The notes under the pieces were generated by a model, which saw only the letters and a list, made by a program, of their open reading frames with translations, did no database searches and was not told the DNA's origin. DNA of 64,000 bases from Escherichia coli 042 (lineage in GTDB: Bacteria; Pseudomonadota; Gammaproteobacteria; Enterobacterales; Enterobacteriaceae). Numbering within the stretch: the first letter of the stretch is position 1; the number at the start of each line of letters is the position of its first letter. The DNA is taken from assembly GCF_000027125.1 (NCBI RefSeq), contig NC_017626.1, one strand, 5' to 3'. Shown piece by piece: positions 1 through 11,157 of the stretch. A program made the translations under genes and the position numbers.

Positions 1-154
1 ATACCGCATTCATGCTCCTCGTGGTTATGTCCTGACTAGTCTTTACACTCTTTACAGGAACCATTGTCGTACATGATGGCCCAACCAATTGAGTGTACCG
101 CTGTCGACATGGAATCTTCTGCGATACAACAATTCGTATCTACAGAAGGTAACT

Positions 155-1075
155 ATGTTTCCAAAATGCAAATTTTCCCGCGAGTTTCTGCATCCTCGCT
201 ACTGGCTCACATGGTTTGGGCTTGGTGTACTCTGGCTTTGGGTACAGCTTCCTTATCCTGTTCTCTGCTTTCTCGGCACACGTATCGGCACAATGGCGCG
301 ACCATTCCTGAAACGTCGTGAATCTATCGCCCGTAAAAACCTGGAACTTTGTTTCCCGCAGCATTCTGCTGAAGAGCGCGAGAAGATGATCGCCGAAAAC
401 TTTCGTTCACTCGGCATGGCGCTGGTAGAAACCGGCATGGCATGGTTCTGGCCCGACAGTCGCGTCCGTAAATGGTTTGATGTGGAAGGGCTGGATAACC
501 TTAAACGCGCACAAATGCAAAATCGCGGCGTAATGGTTGTCGGCGTCCATTTTATGTCGCTGGAACTGGGCGGCCGCGTGATGGGACTTTGTCAGCCAAT
601 GATGGCCACCTATCGCCCGCATAATAATCAGCTGATGGAATGGGTGCAGACCCGTGGTCGCATGCGCTCTAACAAAGCGATGATCGGCAGAAATAATCTG
701 CGCGGCATTGTCGGAGCACTGAAGAAAGGTGAAGCGGTATGGTTTGCTCCCGATCAGGATTATGGTCGTAAAGGCAGCTCCTTCGCGCCGTTCTTTGCGG
801 TAGAAAATGTCGCCACAACCAATGGCACCTATGTCCTCTCCCGTCTCTCTGGCGCAGCCATGTTGACCGTAACGATGGTAAGAAAAGCGGATTACAGCGG
901 ATATCGTTTGTTCATCACCCCAGAAATGGAAGGCTACCCGGCAGATGAAAATCAAGCCGCTGCCTATATGAACAAGATTATCGAGAAAGAGATCATGCGC
1001 GCGCCGGAGCAGTACCTCTGGATCCACCGTCGCTTTAAAACGCGCCCGGTGGGTGAATCGTCGTTATACATTTAA
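155..1075 (+). CDS. lpxP: Kdo2-lipid IVA palmitoleoyltransferase (cold-induced lipid A acyltransferase)
   Basis: ORF 89..1075 translation recognised as LpxP; start placed at internal ATG 155 (MFPKCKF...) with GAAGG SD upstream, giving 306 aa. Confidence 0.85.
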   Translation: MFPKCKFSREFLHPRYWLTWFGLGVLWLWVQLPYPVLCFLGTRIGTMARPFLKRRESIARKNLELCFPQHSAEEREKMIAENFRSLGMALVETGMAWFWPDSRVRKWFDVEGLDNLKRAQMQNRGVMVVGVHFMSLELGGRVMGLCQPMMATYRPHNNQLMEWVQTRGRMRSNKAMIGRNNLRGIVGALKKGEAVWFAPDQDYGRKGSSFAPFFAVENVATTNGTYVLSRLSGAAMLTVTMVRKADYSGYRLFITPEMEGYPADENQAAAYMNKIIEKEIMRAPEQYLWIHRRFKTRPVGESSLYI

Positions 1076-1429
1076 CAAACTGCTCTTACTCTTTCCCTCC
1101 TCAAATCAGCCATAATAACCTCATGGTTTTTATGGCTTTTTTCTTAAGGTTTTTTCCTTCGCTGAATCTCTAATTATTACCGTCAGAAATTAAACTGTCG
1201 CCGATATGAGACACCTGTAAGTTACTAAAAGTAAATAAGAAAATGCCTCTTGTCTCGTTTCAGTTTTAGGCGTACATTAGCGCCGTCTCGAGCAGTTTAG
1301 CTCAGAATTCTGGGGTGATGCCCACGGTAAAATACGGACTTTCAATGTCGTTTTGCCCGGTGTCAACTCACTGTATCAGGTGTAATGAAGTCATTCAGGC
1401 GTAACAGTAATTACGCGGAGAGATGTAAA

Positions 1430-1501
1430 GTGAAATATTTCTTTATGGGCATTTCTTTTATGGTCATCGTTTGGGCCGGTACTTTTGCCCTGATGATCTA
1501 A
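1430..1501 (+). CDS. ypdK: small hydrophobic membrane protein, 23 aa
   Basis: GTG-initiated 24-codon ORF encoding VKYFFMGISFMVIVWAGTFALMI, a single TM helix; matches my recollection of K-12 YpdK; not in the ORF track because of its size. Confidence 0.55.
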   Translation: MKYFFMGISFMVIVWAGTFALMI

Positions 1502-1520
1502 AAGCAAACTGTGCAATGAA

Positions 1521-1546
1521 AAACAGGAGCCATCTGGCTCCTGTTT
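1521..1546. terminator. bidirectional stem-loop between convergent ypdK and alaC
   Basis: inverted repeat acaggagcc-atct-ggctcctgt flanked by A-run on one side and T-rich tract on the other. Confidence 0.5.
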
Positions 1547-1566
1547 GCATTTCTGACGACGATTTT

Positions 1567-2805
1567 TTATTCCGCGTTTTCGTGAATATGTTTGCTGCTG
1601 GCGGGTAGTAAACCGTCGGCACGGAACATCGCTTTAATCCCACGAATCGCCTGACGAATACGGTCTCGGTTTTCAATCAGTGCAAAGCGAACATGCGTGT
1701 CGCCGTAGTCGCCAAAGCCGATCCCCGGAGAGACACAGACCTTCGCTTCGTTAAGCAGTTTCTTGGCAAATTCCAGTGAGCCCATGGCCGCATATGGTTC
1801 CGGGATTTTCGCCCAGACATACATCGAAGCCTTCGGCATTTCGACCATCCAGCCCGCTTCATGCAGCCCTTTAACCAGTACATCGCGGCGGCGTTTGTAC
1901 TGTTCGGCAATGTCGCACACGCACTGTTGATCGCCCTCCAGCGCCGCAATTGCCGCTACCTGCAACGGCGTAAAGGTGCCGTAATCGTGATAGCTTTTAA
2001 TACGTGCCAACGCGCTGACCAGCGTTTTGTTACCGACCATAAAGCCGATACGCCAGCCCGCCATGTTGTAGCTTTTCGACAGCGTAAAGAACTCTACCGC
2101 CACATCGCGTGCGCCCGGCACCTGCATGATTGACGGCGCTTTCCAGCCATCGTAGACGATATCGGCATAGGCCAGGTCATGGACCACCAGCACATCGTAG
2201 CGTTTCGCCAGCGCCACAACCTTCTCAAAGAATTCCAGTTCCACGCATTGCGCGGTTGGGTTCGACGGGAAGCCGAGGAGCATCATCTTCGGTTTCGGAT
2301 AACTTTCACGAATGGCGCGTTCCAGTTCGTTGAAGAAATCGACACCTTCCACCAGCGGCACTGAGCGTACCTGCGCCCCGGCAATCACCGCGCCGTAAAT
2401 ATGAATCGGGTAGCTTGGATTAGGCACCAGTACAGTGTCACCATGATCCAGCGTCGCCAGCATCAGATGCGCCAGTCCCTCTTTCGAACCAATGGTGACG
2501 ATAGCCTCTGATTCCGGGTCGATCTCAACGTCGTAGCGATCCTGATACCAGCGGGAAATGGCGCGACGTAACCGCGGAATGCCGCGTGACGTGGAGTAAC
2601 CATGCGTGTCCGGGCGCTGGGCCACCGTACATAATTTTTCGACGATGTGCGGCGGAGTCGCACCGTCCGGGTTACCCATACTGAAATCGATAATATCTTC
2701 GCCGCGCCGACGCGCAGCCATTTTCAGTTCAGCGGTAATATTAAAAACGTAGGGCGGGAGACGATCAATGCGCGTAAAGCGACGTTCAGGGCGAGTGTCA
2801 GCCAT
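1567..2805 (-). CDS. alaC: glutamate-pyruvate aminotransferase (PLP-dependent class I aminotransferase)
   Basis: 412-aa ORF; translation recognised as AlaC/YfdZ. Confidence 0.9.
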   Translation of the reverse strand: MADTRPERRFTRIDRLPPYVFNITAELKMAARRRGEDIIDFSMGNPDGATPPHIVEKLCTVAQRPDTHGYSTSRGIPRLRRAISRWYQDRYDVEIDPESEAIVTIGSKEGLAHLMLATLDHGDTVLVPNPSYPIHIYGAVIAGAQVRSVPLVEGVDFFNELERAIRESYPKPKMMLLGFPSNPTAQCVELEFFEKVVALAKRYDVLVVHDLAYADIVYDGWKAPSIMQVPGARDVAVEFFTLSKSYNMAGWRIGFMVGNKTLVSALARIKSYHDYGTFTPLQVAAIAALEGDQQCVCDIAEQYKRRRDVLVKGLHEAGWMVEMPKASMYVWAKIPEPYAAMGSLEFAKKLLNEAKVCVSPGIGFGDYGDTHVRFALIENRDRIRQAIRGIKAMFRADGLLPASSKHIHENAE

Positions 2806-3181
2806 AATTTCCTCAGATTAACGTTAGCGCCCGGACCGTCCGAGCGACGCTGCCACGATGGTGGCTGTTTTGAAAATAGCCTGATTAATTTCTGTCTGTC
2901 CAGCGTTTTAGAACATTTTTATCAATGGCTTTAAATGAGGAACTCTGCTTTAAAAACAGGAAATTTATCTATGCTAACAAGAAAATTACCACTCAAATTA
3001 TTAACATTATAATTTCAATAAATTTACCAATCAGAAGTGCATTATCAAGAGATGCATTGCTAATACACCATTTATCTTTCAATCCCCTTTTAAAATTGTG
3101 GTTTTTCCTCAAAAATGGCCTGCTGGTCATCAGCCTTCAGGTTACCTATCATAGAGGTTTAATCCTTATTCAGAGTCACCC

Positions 3182-4879
3182 GTGCACGAAATATTCAACA
3201 TGCTGCTAGCGGTCTTCGATCGGGCAGCGTTAATGCTTATCTGCCTGTTCTTTCTCATCCGTATCCGCCTGTTTCGCGAACTGTTGCACAAGTCGGCGCA
3301 CTCCCCAAAAGAGCTGCTCGCTGTTACCGCCATTTTCTCGCTGTTCGCCCTGTTCAGCACCTGGTCCGGCGTTCCCGTAGAAGGCTCGCTGGTGAACGTA
3401 CGTATTATCGCGGTGATGTCAGGCGGGATTCTGTTTGGCCCGTGGGTAGGCATTATTACCGGCGTGATCGCAGGTATTCACCGTTATTTAATTGATATCG
3501 GCGGCGTGACGGCGATCCCCTGCTTTATCACCAGCATTCTGGCGGGTTGTATATCGGGCTGGATCAACCTGAAAATCCCTAAAGCACAGCGCTGGCGCGT
3601 CGGTATTCTCGGCGGCATGTTATGTGAAACGTTGACCATGATTCTGGTGATTGTCTGGGCACCAACTACCGCATTGGGGATCGATATCGTCTCTAAAATC
3701 GGGATTCCAATGATCCTCGGTAGCGTCTGTATCGGCTTTATTGTGCTGCTGGTGCAAAGCGTTGAGGGCGAAAAAGAGGCCAGCGCCGCGCGGCAGGCCA
3801 AGCTGGCGCTGGATATCGCCAACAAAACGCTACCGCTGTTTCGCCATGTCAATAGCGAGTCATTACGCAAAGTTTGTGAAATTATTCGCGATGATATTCA
3901 CGCCGATGCGGTGGCGATTACTAATACCGATCATGTGCTGGCCTATGTCGGCGTGGGCGAACACAACTATCAGAATGGCGATGACTTCATTAGCCCGACT
4001 ACCCGACAGGCGATGAATTACGGAAAAATCATCATTAAAAACAACGATGAAGCCCACCGCACACCAGAGATTCATTCCATGCTGGTGATCCCATTGTGGG
4101 AGAAAGGCGTTGTGACCGGAACACTGAAAATTTACTACTGCCACGCGCATCAGATCACTTCCTCATTACAGGAAATGGCGGTCGGTCTGTCGCAAATCAT
4201 CTCCACGCAACTGGAGGTTTCGCGTGCCGAGCAGTTACGTGAAATGGCAAATAAGGCAGAGCTTCGCGCTCTGCAAAGCAAAATTAATCCCCATTTTCTG
4301 TTTAACGCTCTGAACGCTATTTCATCGTCAATCCGTCTGAATCCAGATACCGCTCGCCAGCTGATCTTTAATCTGTCGCGTTATCTGCGCTATAACATTG
4401 AATTAAAAGACGATGAGCAAATCGATATCAAAAAAGAGCTGTATCAAATTAAAGACTATATTGCCATTGAGCAGGCCCGCTTTGGCGACAAGCTGACGGT
4501 TATCTATGATATTGATGAAGAGGTGAATTGCTGCATTCCCAGCCTGCTGATCCAGCCGTTGGTGGAGAATGCCATTGTCCACGGTATCCAGCCTTGCAAA
4601 GGTAAAGGCGTTGTCACCATCAGCGTTGCAGAGTGCGGCAATCGGGTACGCATTGCGGTGCGAGATACCGGGCACGGCATCGATCCAAAGGTGATTGAGC
4701 GGGTCGAAGCGAATGAAATGCCGGGCAATAAAATTGGTCTGCTGAATGTCCATCATCGCGTGAAGTTATTGTATGGCGAGGGGCTGCATATCCGCCGCCT
4801 GGAACCAGGAACGGAAATTGCGTTTTACATTCCTAACCAACGCACCCCAGTCGCCTCACAGACTACGTTATTGCTTTGA
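3182..4879 (+). CDS. ypdA: LytS-type sensor histidine kinase (5TM-Lyt, GAF, HisKA/HATPase)
   Basis: 565-aa ORF with GTG start; multi-TM N-terminus and C-terminal kinase motifs; recognised as YpdA. Confidence 0.9.
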   Translation: MHEIFNMLLAVFDRAALMLICLFFLIRIRLFRELLHKSAHSPKELLAVTAIFSLFALFSTWSGVPVEGSLVNVRIIAVMSGGILFGPWVGIITGVIAGIHRYLIDIGGVTAIPCFITSILAGCISGWINLKIPKAQRWRVGILGGMLCETLTMILVIVWAPTTALGIDIVSKIGIPMILGSVCIGFIVLLVQSVEGEKEASAARQAKLALDIANKTLPLFRHVNSESLRKVCEIIRDDIHADAVAITNTDHVLAYVGVGEHNYQNGDDFISPTTRQAMNYGKIIIKNNDEAHRTPEIHSMLVIPLWEKGVVTGTLKIYYCHAHQITSSLQEMAVGLSQIISTQLEVSRAEQLREMANKAELRALQSKINPHFLFNALNAISSSIRLNPDTARQLIFNLSRYLRYNIELKDDEQIDIKKELYQIKDYIAIEQARFGDKLTVIYDIDEEVNCCIPSLLIQPLVENAIVHGIQPCKGKGVVTISVAECGNRVRIAVRDTGHGIDPKVIERVEANEMPGNKIGLLNVHHRVKLLYGEGLHIRRLEPGTEIAFYIPNQRTPVASQTTLLL

Positions 4880-4893
4880 GCCGGAGTGATATT

Positions 4894-5628
4894 GTGAAAG
4901 TCATCATTGTTGAAGACGAATTCCTGGCACAACAGGAACTGAGCTGGCTAATTAAAGAGCACAGCCAGATGGAGATTGTCGGCACCTTTGACGACGGTCT
5001 GGACGTGTTGAAGTTTTTGCAGCATAACCGCGTCGACGCCATTTTTCTGGATATCAATATTCCGTCGCTGGATGGTGTGTTGCTGGCGCAAAACATCAGC
5101 CAGTTCGCCCATAAACCATTTATTGTGTTTATCACCGCGTGGAAAGAACATGCGGTAGAAGCGTTTGAACTGGAGGCGTTTGACTACATTCTCAAACCGT
5201 ATCAGGAGTCACGCATTACCGGGATGCTGCAAAAACTGGAAGCGGCCTGGCAACAACAGCAGACCAGCAGCACGCCTGCCGCGACGGTAACGCGTGAGAA
5301 TGACACCATTAATCTGGTGAAAGATGAGCGAATAATCGTCACGCCAATTAACGATATCTATTACGCCGAAGCGCACGAGAAAATGACCTTTGTCTATACG
5401 CGGCGTGAATCCTACGTAATGCCGATGAACATTACCGAATTTTGCAGCAAACTGCCGCCGTCGCATTTTTTCCGCTGCCATCGCTCATTTTGTGTCAATC
5501 TGAACAAAATCCGCGAGATCGAACCGTGGTTTAATAACACCTACATTCTGCGGCTGAAAGATCTGGATTTTGAAGTGCCAGTCAGCCGCAGCAAAGTTAA
5601 AGAATTCCGCCAGTTAATGCATCTTTAA
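4894..5628 (+). CDS. ypdB: LytTR-family response regulator
   Basis: ORF track starts at TTG 4876; preferred start GTG 4894 (MKVIIVEDE...) with GGAG SD 7 nt upstream; receiver domain plus LytTR; sits just downstream of ypdA stop. Confidence 0.85.
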   Translation: MKVIIVEDEFLAQQELSWLIKEHSQMEIVGTFDDGLDVLKFLQHNRVDAIFLDINIPSLDGVLLAQNISQFAHKPFIVFITAWKEHAVEAFELEAFDYILKPYQESRITGMLQKLEAAWQQQQTSSTPAATVTRENDTINLVKDERIIVTPINDIYYAEAHEKMTFVYTRRESYVMPMNITEFCSKLPPSHFFRCHRSFCVNLNKIREIEPWFNNTYILRLKDLDFEVPVSRSKVKEFRQLMHL

Positions 5629-5640
5629 TCGGGAACTTTC

Positions 5641-6498
5641 ATGAAAGCACCAGGCTTGCCCGCCGATCAACAATTTTTCGCCGATCTGTTCAGCGGCCTG
5701 GTGCTTAACCCGCAACTACTGGGGCGCGTCTGGTTTGCCAGCCAGCCTGCCTCGTTACCGGTGGGCAGTTTATGTATTGATTTTCCCCGTCTGGATATCG
5801 TGCTGCGCGGCGAATACGGCAATCTGCTGGAAGCAAAGCAGCAACGTATGGTTGAAGGAGAAATGCTGTTTATTCCAGCGCGCGCGGCTAATTTACCGAT
5901 CAACAACAAACCGGTGATGCTGTTAAGCCTGGTGTTCGCACCGACCTGGCTTGGGTTATCGTTTTACGATAGCCGTACCACGTCGTTGTTGCATCCTGCT
6001 CGCCAGATCCAACTTCCCAGCCTGCAACGCGGCGAAGGTGAAGCAATGCTTACTGCCCTCACCCATCTTAGCCGTTCGCCGCTGGAGCAGAATATCATTC
6101 AGCCACTGGTGTTAAGTTTGCTGCATCTTTGCCGCAACGTGGTGAATATGCCGCCGGGCAATTCGCAGCCGCGCGGCGATTTTCTTTATCACAGCATTTG
6201 TAACTGGGTTCAGGATAATTATGCGCAGCCGCTCACCCGTGAGAGCGTGGCGCAGTTTTTTAATATCACGCCCAATCATCTGTCAAAACTGTTTGCGCAG
6301 CATGGAACAATGCGTTTTATCGAATATGTGCGTTGGGTGCGAATGGCGAAGGCGAGGATGATTTTGCAGAAATATCATCTGTCGATTCATGAAGTGGCGC
6401 AGCGTTGCGGCTTTCCGGACAGCGACTATTTTTGTCGCGTCTTCCGGCGTCAGTTTGGCCTGACGCCGGGAGAGTACAGCGCCCGTTTTCAGGGCTAA
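5641..6498 (+). CDS. ypdC: AraC-family transcriptional regulator
   Basis: 285-aa ORF; C-terminal AraC HTH; recognised as YpdC. Confidence 0.85.
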   Translation: MKAPGLPADQQFFADLFSGLVLNPQLLGRVWFASQPASLPVGSLCIDFPRLDIVLRGEYGNLLEAKQQRMVEGEMLFIPARAANLPINNKPVMLLSLVFAPTWLGLSFYDSRTTSLLHPARQIQLPSLQRGEGEAMLTALTHLSRSPLEQNIIQPLVLSLLHLCRNVVNMPPGNSQPRGDFLYHSICNWVQDNYAQPLTRESVAQFFNITPNHLSKLFAQHGTMRFIEYVRWVRMAKARMILQKYHLSIHEVAQRCGFPDSDYFCRVFRRQFGLTPGEYSARFQG

Positions 6499-6500
6499 CG

Positions 6501-8996
6501 TCAGAAGGTTAATTCCGTTTCCAGCAGCGTCAGGATGCTTTGCGCATCTTGCGCGGCGAACAGCGACTGGCGGAAGTTTTTATTCACCAGTTTACGCGCC
6601 AGCTGCGAGAAGACTTTCACATGATTCATCCCTTCGTTAGCGCCCAGTGTCAGCATGATCACCAGTTCGACTTCGCCCATTTCTGACTGCCAGTCAACCG
6701 GTTTCACCAGCCGGGCAATGCTGATACTGGAATGACGGATCCACTGAGATTTGGTATGCGGGATCGCTACGCCAAAACCAACGCCAGTAGTAACAATCTC
6801 TTCCCGCTGCCAGACATCTTCTTCCAGCTCAAACGGATGTTCAGTACGCCCGTTAACACCAAGGTTGCCGCACAGGAACTGGATCGCCTGCTCTTTATTA
6901 CTAAAGTCCTGATCAACAAAGATATTCTCCAGCGCCAGCAGTGGGCGAACGTCTTCTTCCGGCGTAAAGGCGGTGAGTAACGCTTCAATTTCCTGCGCAC
7001 TGCGGCATTCACATGCCTGACGCGCCAGTTCCCGACACGCCTCGCTATCCAGTTGACGAAGCTGGCTTTTCACCGCCGGAATGCGCGGGCTACTCATGCT
7101 TAACTCGTCCAGGCCCAGCCCAAGCAGTAGAGGCAGATAACGACTTTCACCGCCTAGTTCACCGCAAATACCTACCCATTTGCCGCGCTGATGCGCAGTG
7201 GTAACAATCTGCTGCAACATGCGCAGGAACGATGGCGTAATCGGGTTATACAGCGGCGATACGCGCGGGTTATTACGATCGACCGCATACAGATACTGGG
7301 TCATATCGTTAGAACCGATACTGAAGAAATCGACCTCATCGCAGAAGTGGTCGATGATGTAGCACACCGACGGCACTTCCACCATGATACCCAGCGTAAT
7401 CGTCTCTGCATGACGCAGACCATCGCGTTTAAGCTCAACGATCGCTTTTTGGATCTCACCCTTCACCCATAAGATCTGATCGAGGCTGTGAACCATCGGG
7501 ATCATCAGCTGGGCGTTGCCGAAACTGGCGGCACGCAAAATAGCCCGCAGTTGAGTGCGGAACAGGCCAGCAAATTCCGGGTAAATTCGTACCGCACGAT
7601 AGCCGAGGAACGGGTTCTCTTCCTGGGGAATGTTGAGGTAAGGAATGCTTTTATCGCCGCCGATGTCCATTGTGCGGAAGATAATCGGCTTGTCGCCCGC
7701 GGCCAGTAGCACCTGCTGGTAGGCTTCAAATTGCTCCTGCTCGTCCGGCGCGCTGTCGCGATCCATATAGAGCATTTCAGTACGGAACAGCCCAACACCT
7801 TCCGCGCCGTTGGCAAACGCGCCAGGCGCTTCCAGAGCAGTGCCAATATTCGCCGCAATATCAATGCGCTTGTTATCACGGGAATAGGCCAGCTGCGCGG
7901 CGGCCTGCGCCTGTTGTTGCTGACGTTTATCCGCCAGCGTCTGCGCAACCTGATAATAACCGCTCACCGCGTCATCAGGATTAATCGCCAGCACGCCGCA
8001 CTGGGCGTCAAGCACCGCCGGTTGCCCGGCATAACGGGCAATCGCATCCAGCGGCAGGCCGCTAAGAACCGGGATCGCCGAGGCGCGGGCCAGAATCAGT
8101 GTATGCGAGGTGCGCCCGGTTTTCTCCAGAATCATGCCCGCAAGATTTTTTAAATCGAGGCTTAAAAACTGGCTTGGGGTTAAATCTTCAGCCACCAGAA
8201 TGGTCGGTTTTTCAAGCACCAGATTGTTGCGCGGCTTCAGTTCCGGCCAGGTGATATGCAGCAACTGTTCGCTGATATCGCGAATGTCGCTAACACGCTC
8301 GCGCAGATAATCGCTGGCAGAAGCAGATAGTTTGGCGCAAACCTGCTCCATATTGCTGATGATCGCCGCCCCCAGCCCCTGATGCTGTTCTGCCATCAGG
8401 CGACGGATATTGCCCGCAAATTCATCATCCTGGATCAGCGACAAATGGGCGCTGAGGATAGTTTTGCTTTCTCCGTCACGCTCACGCAATTGCTGGTTCA
8501 GTTGCTCGGCAAGCGTTGCCAGGCTGTGCTCCAGCAGGGTGGAATCTTGCGCACTGGCGGGGATTGCCCGATAACTATCGAGGCTGTCGCTCTGTAACAG
8601 GGTCAGCGTACCCACGCCGACGCCGCTTGCCAGCACATTGCCGTACAGTAAATCAGGATTCAGACGGCTTAATGAACGCGGCAGCGGATGCGCCGTCAGT
8701 TTTGCCTGTGTTGGCTGGATGCTGTCGCTGTCGATAAAGCGCACCTGGATGTACTCTTCCAGCACGCGCCGCGCCTGCTCTTCATCGCTGCCGCTAATGT
8801 TCAGGCTGCAACTGTCATTAAATAAAGTGCCAGTGCCAATCAGCGCCAGCGAGCTTTTGGCATCTGCCTTTGCGTTCTGGCGATGGTTAATAAAAGTGAT
8901 TTCGCTTTGCCACTGGTTGCACTGTTCTTTAAGTTCCCACGCCGGACGAGCATGCAGACCGTTTGGCAAAGGACAGAGAAATTGAATCGTTAACAT
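6501..8996 (-). CDS. fryA: PTS multiphosphoryl transfer protein (HPr-like, Enzyme I-like and EIIA domains)
   Basis: 831-aa ORF; N-terminal HPr-like segment, central EI PEP-utilising domain, C-terminal EIIA-like region. Confidence 0.9.
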   Translation of the reverse strand: MLTIQFLCPLPNGLHARPAWELKEQCNQWQSEITFINHRQNAKADAKSSLALIGTGTLFNDSCSLNISGSDEEQARRVLEEYIQVRFIDSDSIQPTQAKLTAHPLPRSLSRLNPDLLYGNVLASGVGVGTLTLLQSDSLDSYRAIPASAQDSTLLEHSLATLAEQLNQQLRERDGESKTILSAHLSLIQDDEFAGNIRRLMAEQHQGLGAAIISNMEQVCAKLSASASDYLRERVSDIRDISEQLLHITWPELKPRNNLVLEKPTILVAEDLTPSQFLSLDLKNLAGMILEKTGRTSHTLILARASAIPVLSGLPLDAIARYAGQPAVLDAQCGVLAINPDDAVSGYYQVAQTLADKRQQQQAQAAAQLAYSRDNKRIDIAANIGTALEAPGAFANGAEGVGLFRTEMLYMDRDSAPDEQEQFEAYQQVLLAAGDKPIIFRTMDIGGDKSIPYLNIPQEENPFLGYRAVRIYPEFAGLFRTQLRAILRAASFGNAQLMIPMVHSLDQILWVKGEIQKAIVELKRDGLRHAETITLGIMVEVPSVCYIIDHFCDEVDFFSIGSNDMTQYLYAVDRNNPRVSPLYNPITPSFLRMLQQIVTTAHQRGKWVGICGELGGESRYLPLLLGLGLDELSMSSPRIPAVKSQLRQLDSEACRELARQACECRSAQEIEALLTAFTPEEDVRPLLALENIFVDQDFSNKEQAIQFLCGNLGVNGRTEHPFELEEDVWQREEIVTTGVGFGVAIPHTKSQWIRHSSISIARLVKPVDWQSEMGEVELVIMLTLGANEGMNHVKVFSQLARKLVNKNFRQSLFAAQDAQSILTLLETELTF

Positions 8997-9020
8997 AACC
9001 GCTCCGGGTTAATCAGGAGA

Positions 9021-10058
9021 TCATCTGAAATCCGTCAGTTGAACAACCGTCTCACGCGTAAGACGTTGAATAAGGGCAGATAAAAGCTGCTGCATCTGCA
9101 AAATGTCACGGCAATCGGCAATCGATGCGGCGCAATGTCCGTGGCGGGTCGCAGGCCCCATCACCACTGTGGGTACGCCAGTGCCGGTTAAGTGCACCGC
9201 CCCACCGTCCGTGCCACCGTTGCTGAACATATCTGCCTGTAACGGCACGCTAATTTCTGCCGCCACGGTTTCAATCCACGCGGTAAGTTTTGGCGGCGCA
9301 ATCAGCGATTTATCGCTTAACACCAGCATCGGGCCGTTACCAATCTGACGATGGTTAGCCGCGCCATAATCAAAGTTTTTCGCCCAGCAGGCGGTATCCA
9401 GCACAATCGCAACGTCCGGTGAAACCGCACGGGTAGCGGTTTGCCCGCCGCGTAAGCCGACCTCTTCGCTGGAGCTGGCCACCAACCACACTTCCGCAGG
9501 CAGTTCGGCATCGTGCAGCTCACGTAGTAAGGTAACTAACAGGTAGCAACCGAGGCGATCATCAAAGGCTTTCCCCATCACTCGCTGGTGAGGGAGAACC
9601 TGAAAAGTGGTATCAAAGGTGACGCGATCGCCTGGACGAATTCCCGCCTGCATCACTTCGTCATACGAGCGAGCGCCAATGTCCACGCGCATGGCGCTGA
9701 CGTCATTCCCCTGCCGGTCGCCGTCAAGCAGGCCAGGTATTTTGCACTCTTCACGGGTGGTGATCCGCACCGGCTGAAGCTGTCGGGCAGCCATGCGCAC
9801 GTTGCCAACTGGCAGCACATCAATCGCCCCTTCGCGGGAGATGCTGCGCACCATAAATCCCACTTCGTCCATATGCGCACAGATCATCACCTTCGGACCT
9901 GTCGATTCATTGAGGCGGATCAGCACCGATCCCAGCCCATCAAATCGCACTTCTTTTTGCAGGCGATCCGCTTCTTCCAGCAGGATCTGCCGTACTTCCT
10001 GTTCCGAGGAGGCGATCGCATCTGCCTCGCTCAACGCTTTTAGTAACGATAAATCCAT
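9021..10058 (-). CDS. ypdE: M42-family aminopeptidase
   Basis: 345-aa ORF recognised as YpdE. Confidence 0.85.
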   Translation of the reverse strand: MDLSLLKALSEADAIASSEQEVRQILLEEADRLQKEVRFDGLGSVLIRLNESTGPKVMICAHMDEVGFMVRSISREGAIDVLPVGNVRMAARQLQPVRITTREECKIPGLLDGDRQGNDVSAMRVDIGARSYDEVMQAGIRPGDRVTFDTTFQVLPHQRVMGKAFDDRLGCYLLVTLLRELHDAELPAEVWLVASSSEEVGLRGGQTATRAVSPDVAIVLDTACWAKNFDYGAANHRQIGNGPMLVLSDKSLIAPPKLTAWIETVAAEISVPLQADMFSNGGTDGGAVHLTGTGVPTVVMGPATRHGHCAASIADCRDILQMQQLLSALIQRLTRETVVQLTDFR

Positions 10059-11143
10059 TATGCCTCTCCCGTGAGCAACACTGTTTTCGGCATGGCGTAG
10101 AGCACTTCTGCGCCTTGCGGGGTGACCAGCACAACATCTTCGATGCGCACGCCCCCTTGCCCTGGCAAATAAATCCCCGGCTCCACGGTCAGTAACATGC
10201 CTGGCTGTAGCGTCGTGGTATCCCGCGGTGAAAAACGCGGCTCTTCATGGACTTCAATGCCGATAGCATGACCGGTGTTATGACCGAAATAGTCGCCATA
10301 ACCTGCTTCTGTAATGACCCGGCGCGCGGCATCGTCAACCTGCTGGCAGCGCACGCCGGGGCGAATCGCGGAGATTGCTGCGAGCTGTGCCTGCAGGACA
10401 ATCTGATAGACGTTAAACAGCGGGTGAGATTCGGCGCTCACCCCTTCGCCATTCACCAGCAAGGTGCGCGTCATATCAGAGCAGTACCCCTGATAGAGCG
10501 CACCAAAATCAAGAGTGACAAACTCGCCCGCTGCAACAATCTTGTCGCTGGCTTTACCGTGCGGCAGCGCGCCACGCCAGCCGCTGGCGACAATGGTGTC
10601 AAAAGAAGCTTTTTCTGCGCCCTGCTGGCGCATAAACCACTCCAGTTCAGCGGCTATCTCGCGCTCGCTCATCCCCGCCTGAATAAAGCGGCGAATATGC
10701 TCAGCACCGCGATCGGCAATCCCACAGGCGAGGCGGATTTTCTCCACCTCCTCTGGCGTTTTGATTTGCCGCAGCACATCCGGCGTGGCGCTAACCAGTT
10801 TCGCATTGAGTTCAGACTGCCAGCGGTGCGCGGTTTCCCAACTCACCTGCTGGCCCTCAAAACCGAGCGTTTGCAACTGCTCATCGGCAATGATTTGATT
10901 GACGATAGTGGTAAGCGTGTTCGTCGCGTCAAGCAAATGCAGCTGGTAGCCTTGCGTGCGGGCTTCTACATCCGCGTAATAGCGCGAATCCACCAGAATG
11001 TGCGCACTTTCACGGCTAATCACCACATAGCCTGATCCGGTGGAGATCCCCAGATGCGGCTGTTTGTTCTGCCGTGAGGAGAGAAGCACCGCATCCAGTT
11101 GTTGCGCCTTAAGCCAGTCGCGCAGCGAAGCGAGTAATGTCAT
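10058..11143 (-). CDS. ypdF: Xaa-Pro aminopeptidase (M24 family)
   Basis: 361-aa ORF recognised as YpdF; stop overlaps ypdE start by 1 nt. Confidence 0.85.
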   Translation of the reverse strand: MTLLASLRDWLKAQQLDAVLLSSRQNKQPHLGISTGSGYVVISRESAHILVDSRYYADVEARTQGYQLHLLDATNTLTTIVNQIIADEQLQTLGFEGQQVSWETAHRWQSELNAKLVSATPDVLRQIKTPEEVEKIRLACGIADRGAEHIRRFIQAGMSEREIAAELEWFMRQQGAEKASFDTIVASGWRGALPHGKASDKIVAAGEFVTLDFGALYQGYCSDMTRTLLVNGEGVSAESHPLFNVYQIVLQAQLAAISAIRPGVRCQQVDDAARRVITEAGYGDYFGHNTGHAIGIEVHEEPRFSPRDTTTLQPGMLLTVEPGIYLPGQGGVRIEDVVLVTPQGAEVLYAMPKTVLLTGEA

Positions 11144-11157
11144 CTGGATTTTCCTTC

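Noticed and set aside
407-1027. 206-aa minus-strand ORF
   Set aside because: Antisense within lpxP; His/Cys/Arg-rich translation typical of a non-coding frame
1113-1163. 16-codon hydrophobic ORF (MVFMAFFLRFFPSLNL) in the lpxP-ypdK intergenic region
   Set aside because: No recognisable SD, very short, and could arise by chance in T-rich sequence; kept only as a low-priority candidate for ribosome profiling
1285-1340. tRNA-like motif (gtttagctcagaattctgggg) in the lpxP-ypdK intergenic region
   Set aside because: Only a D-arm-like fragment; no acceptor stem, anticodon arm or T-arm can be folded around it
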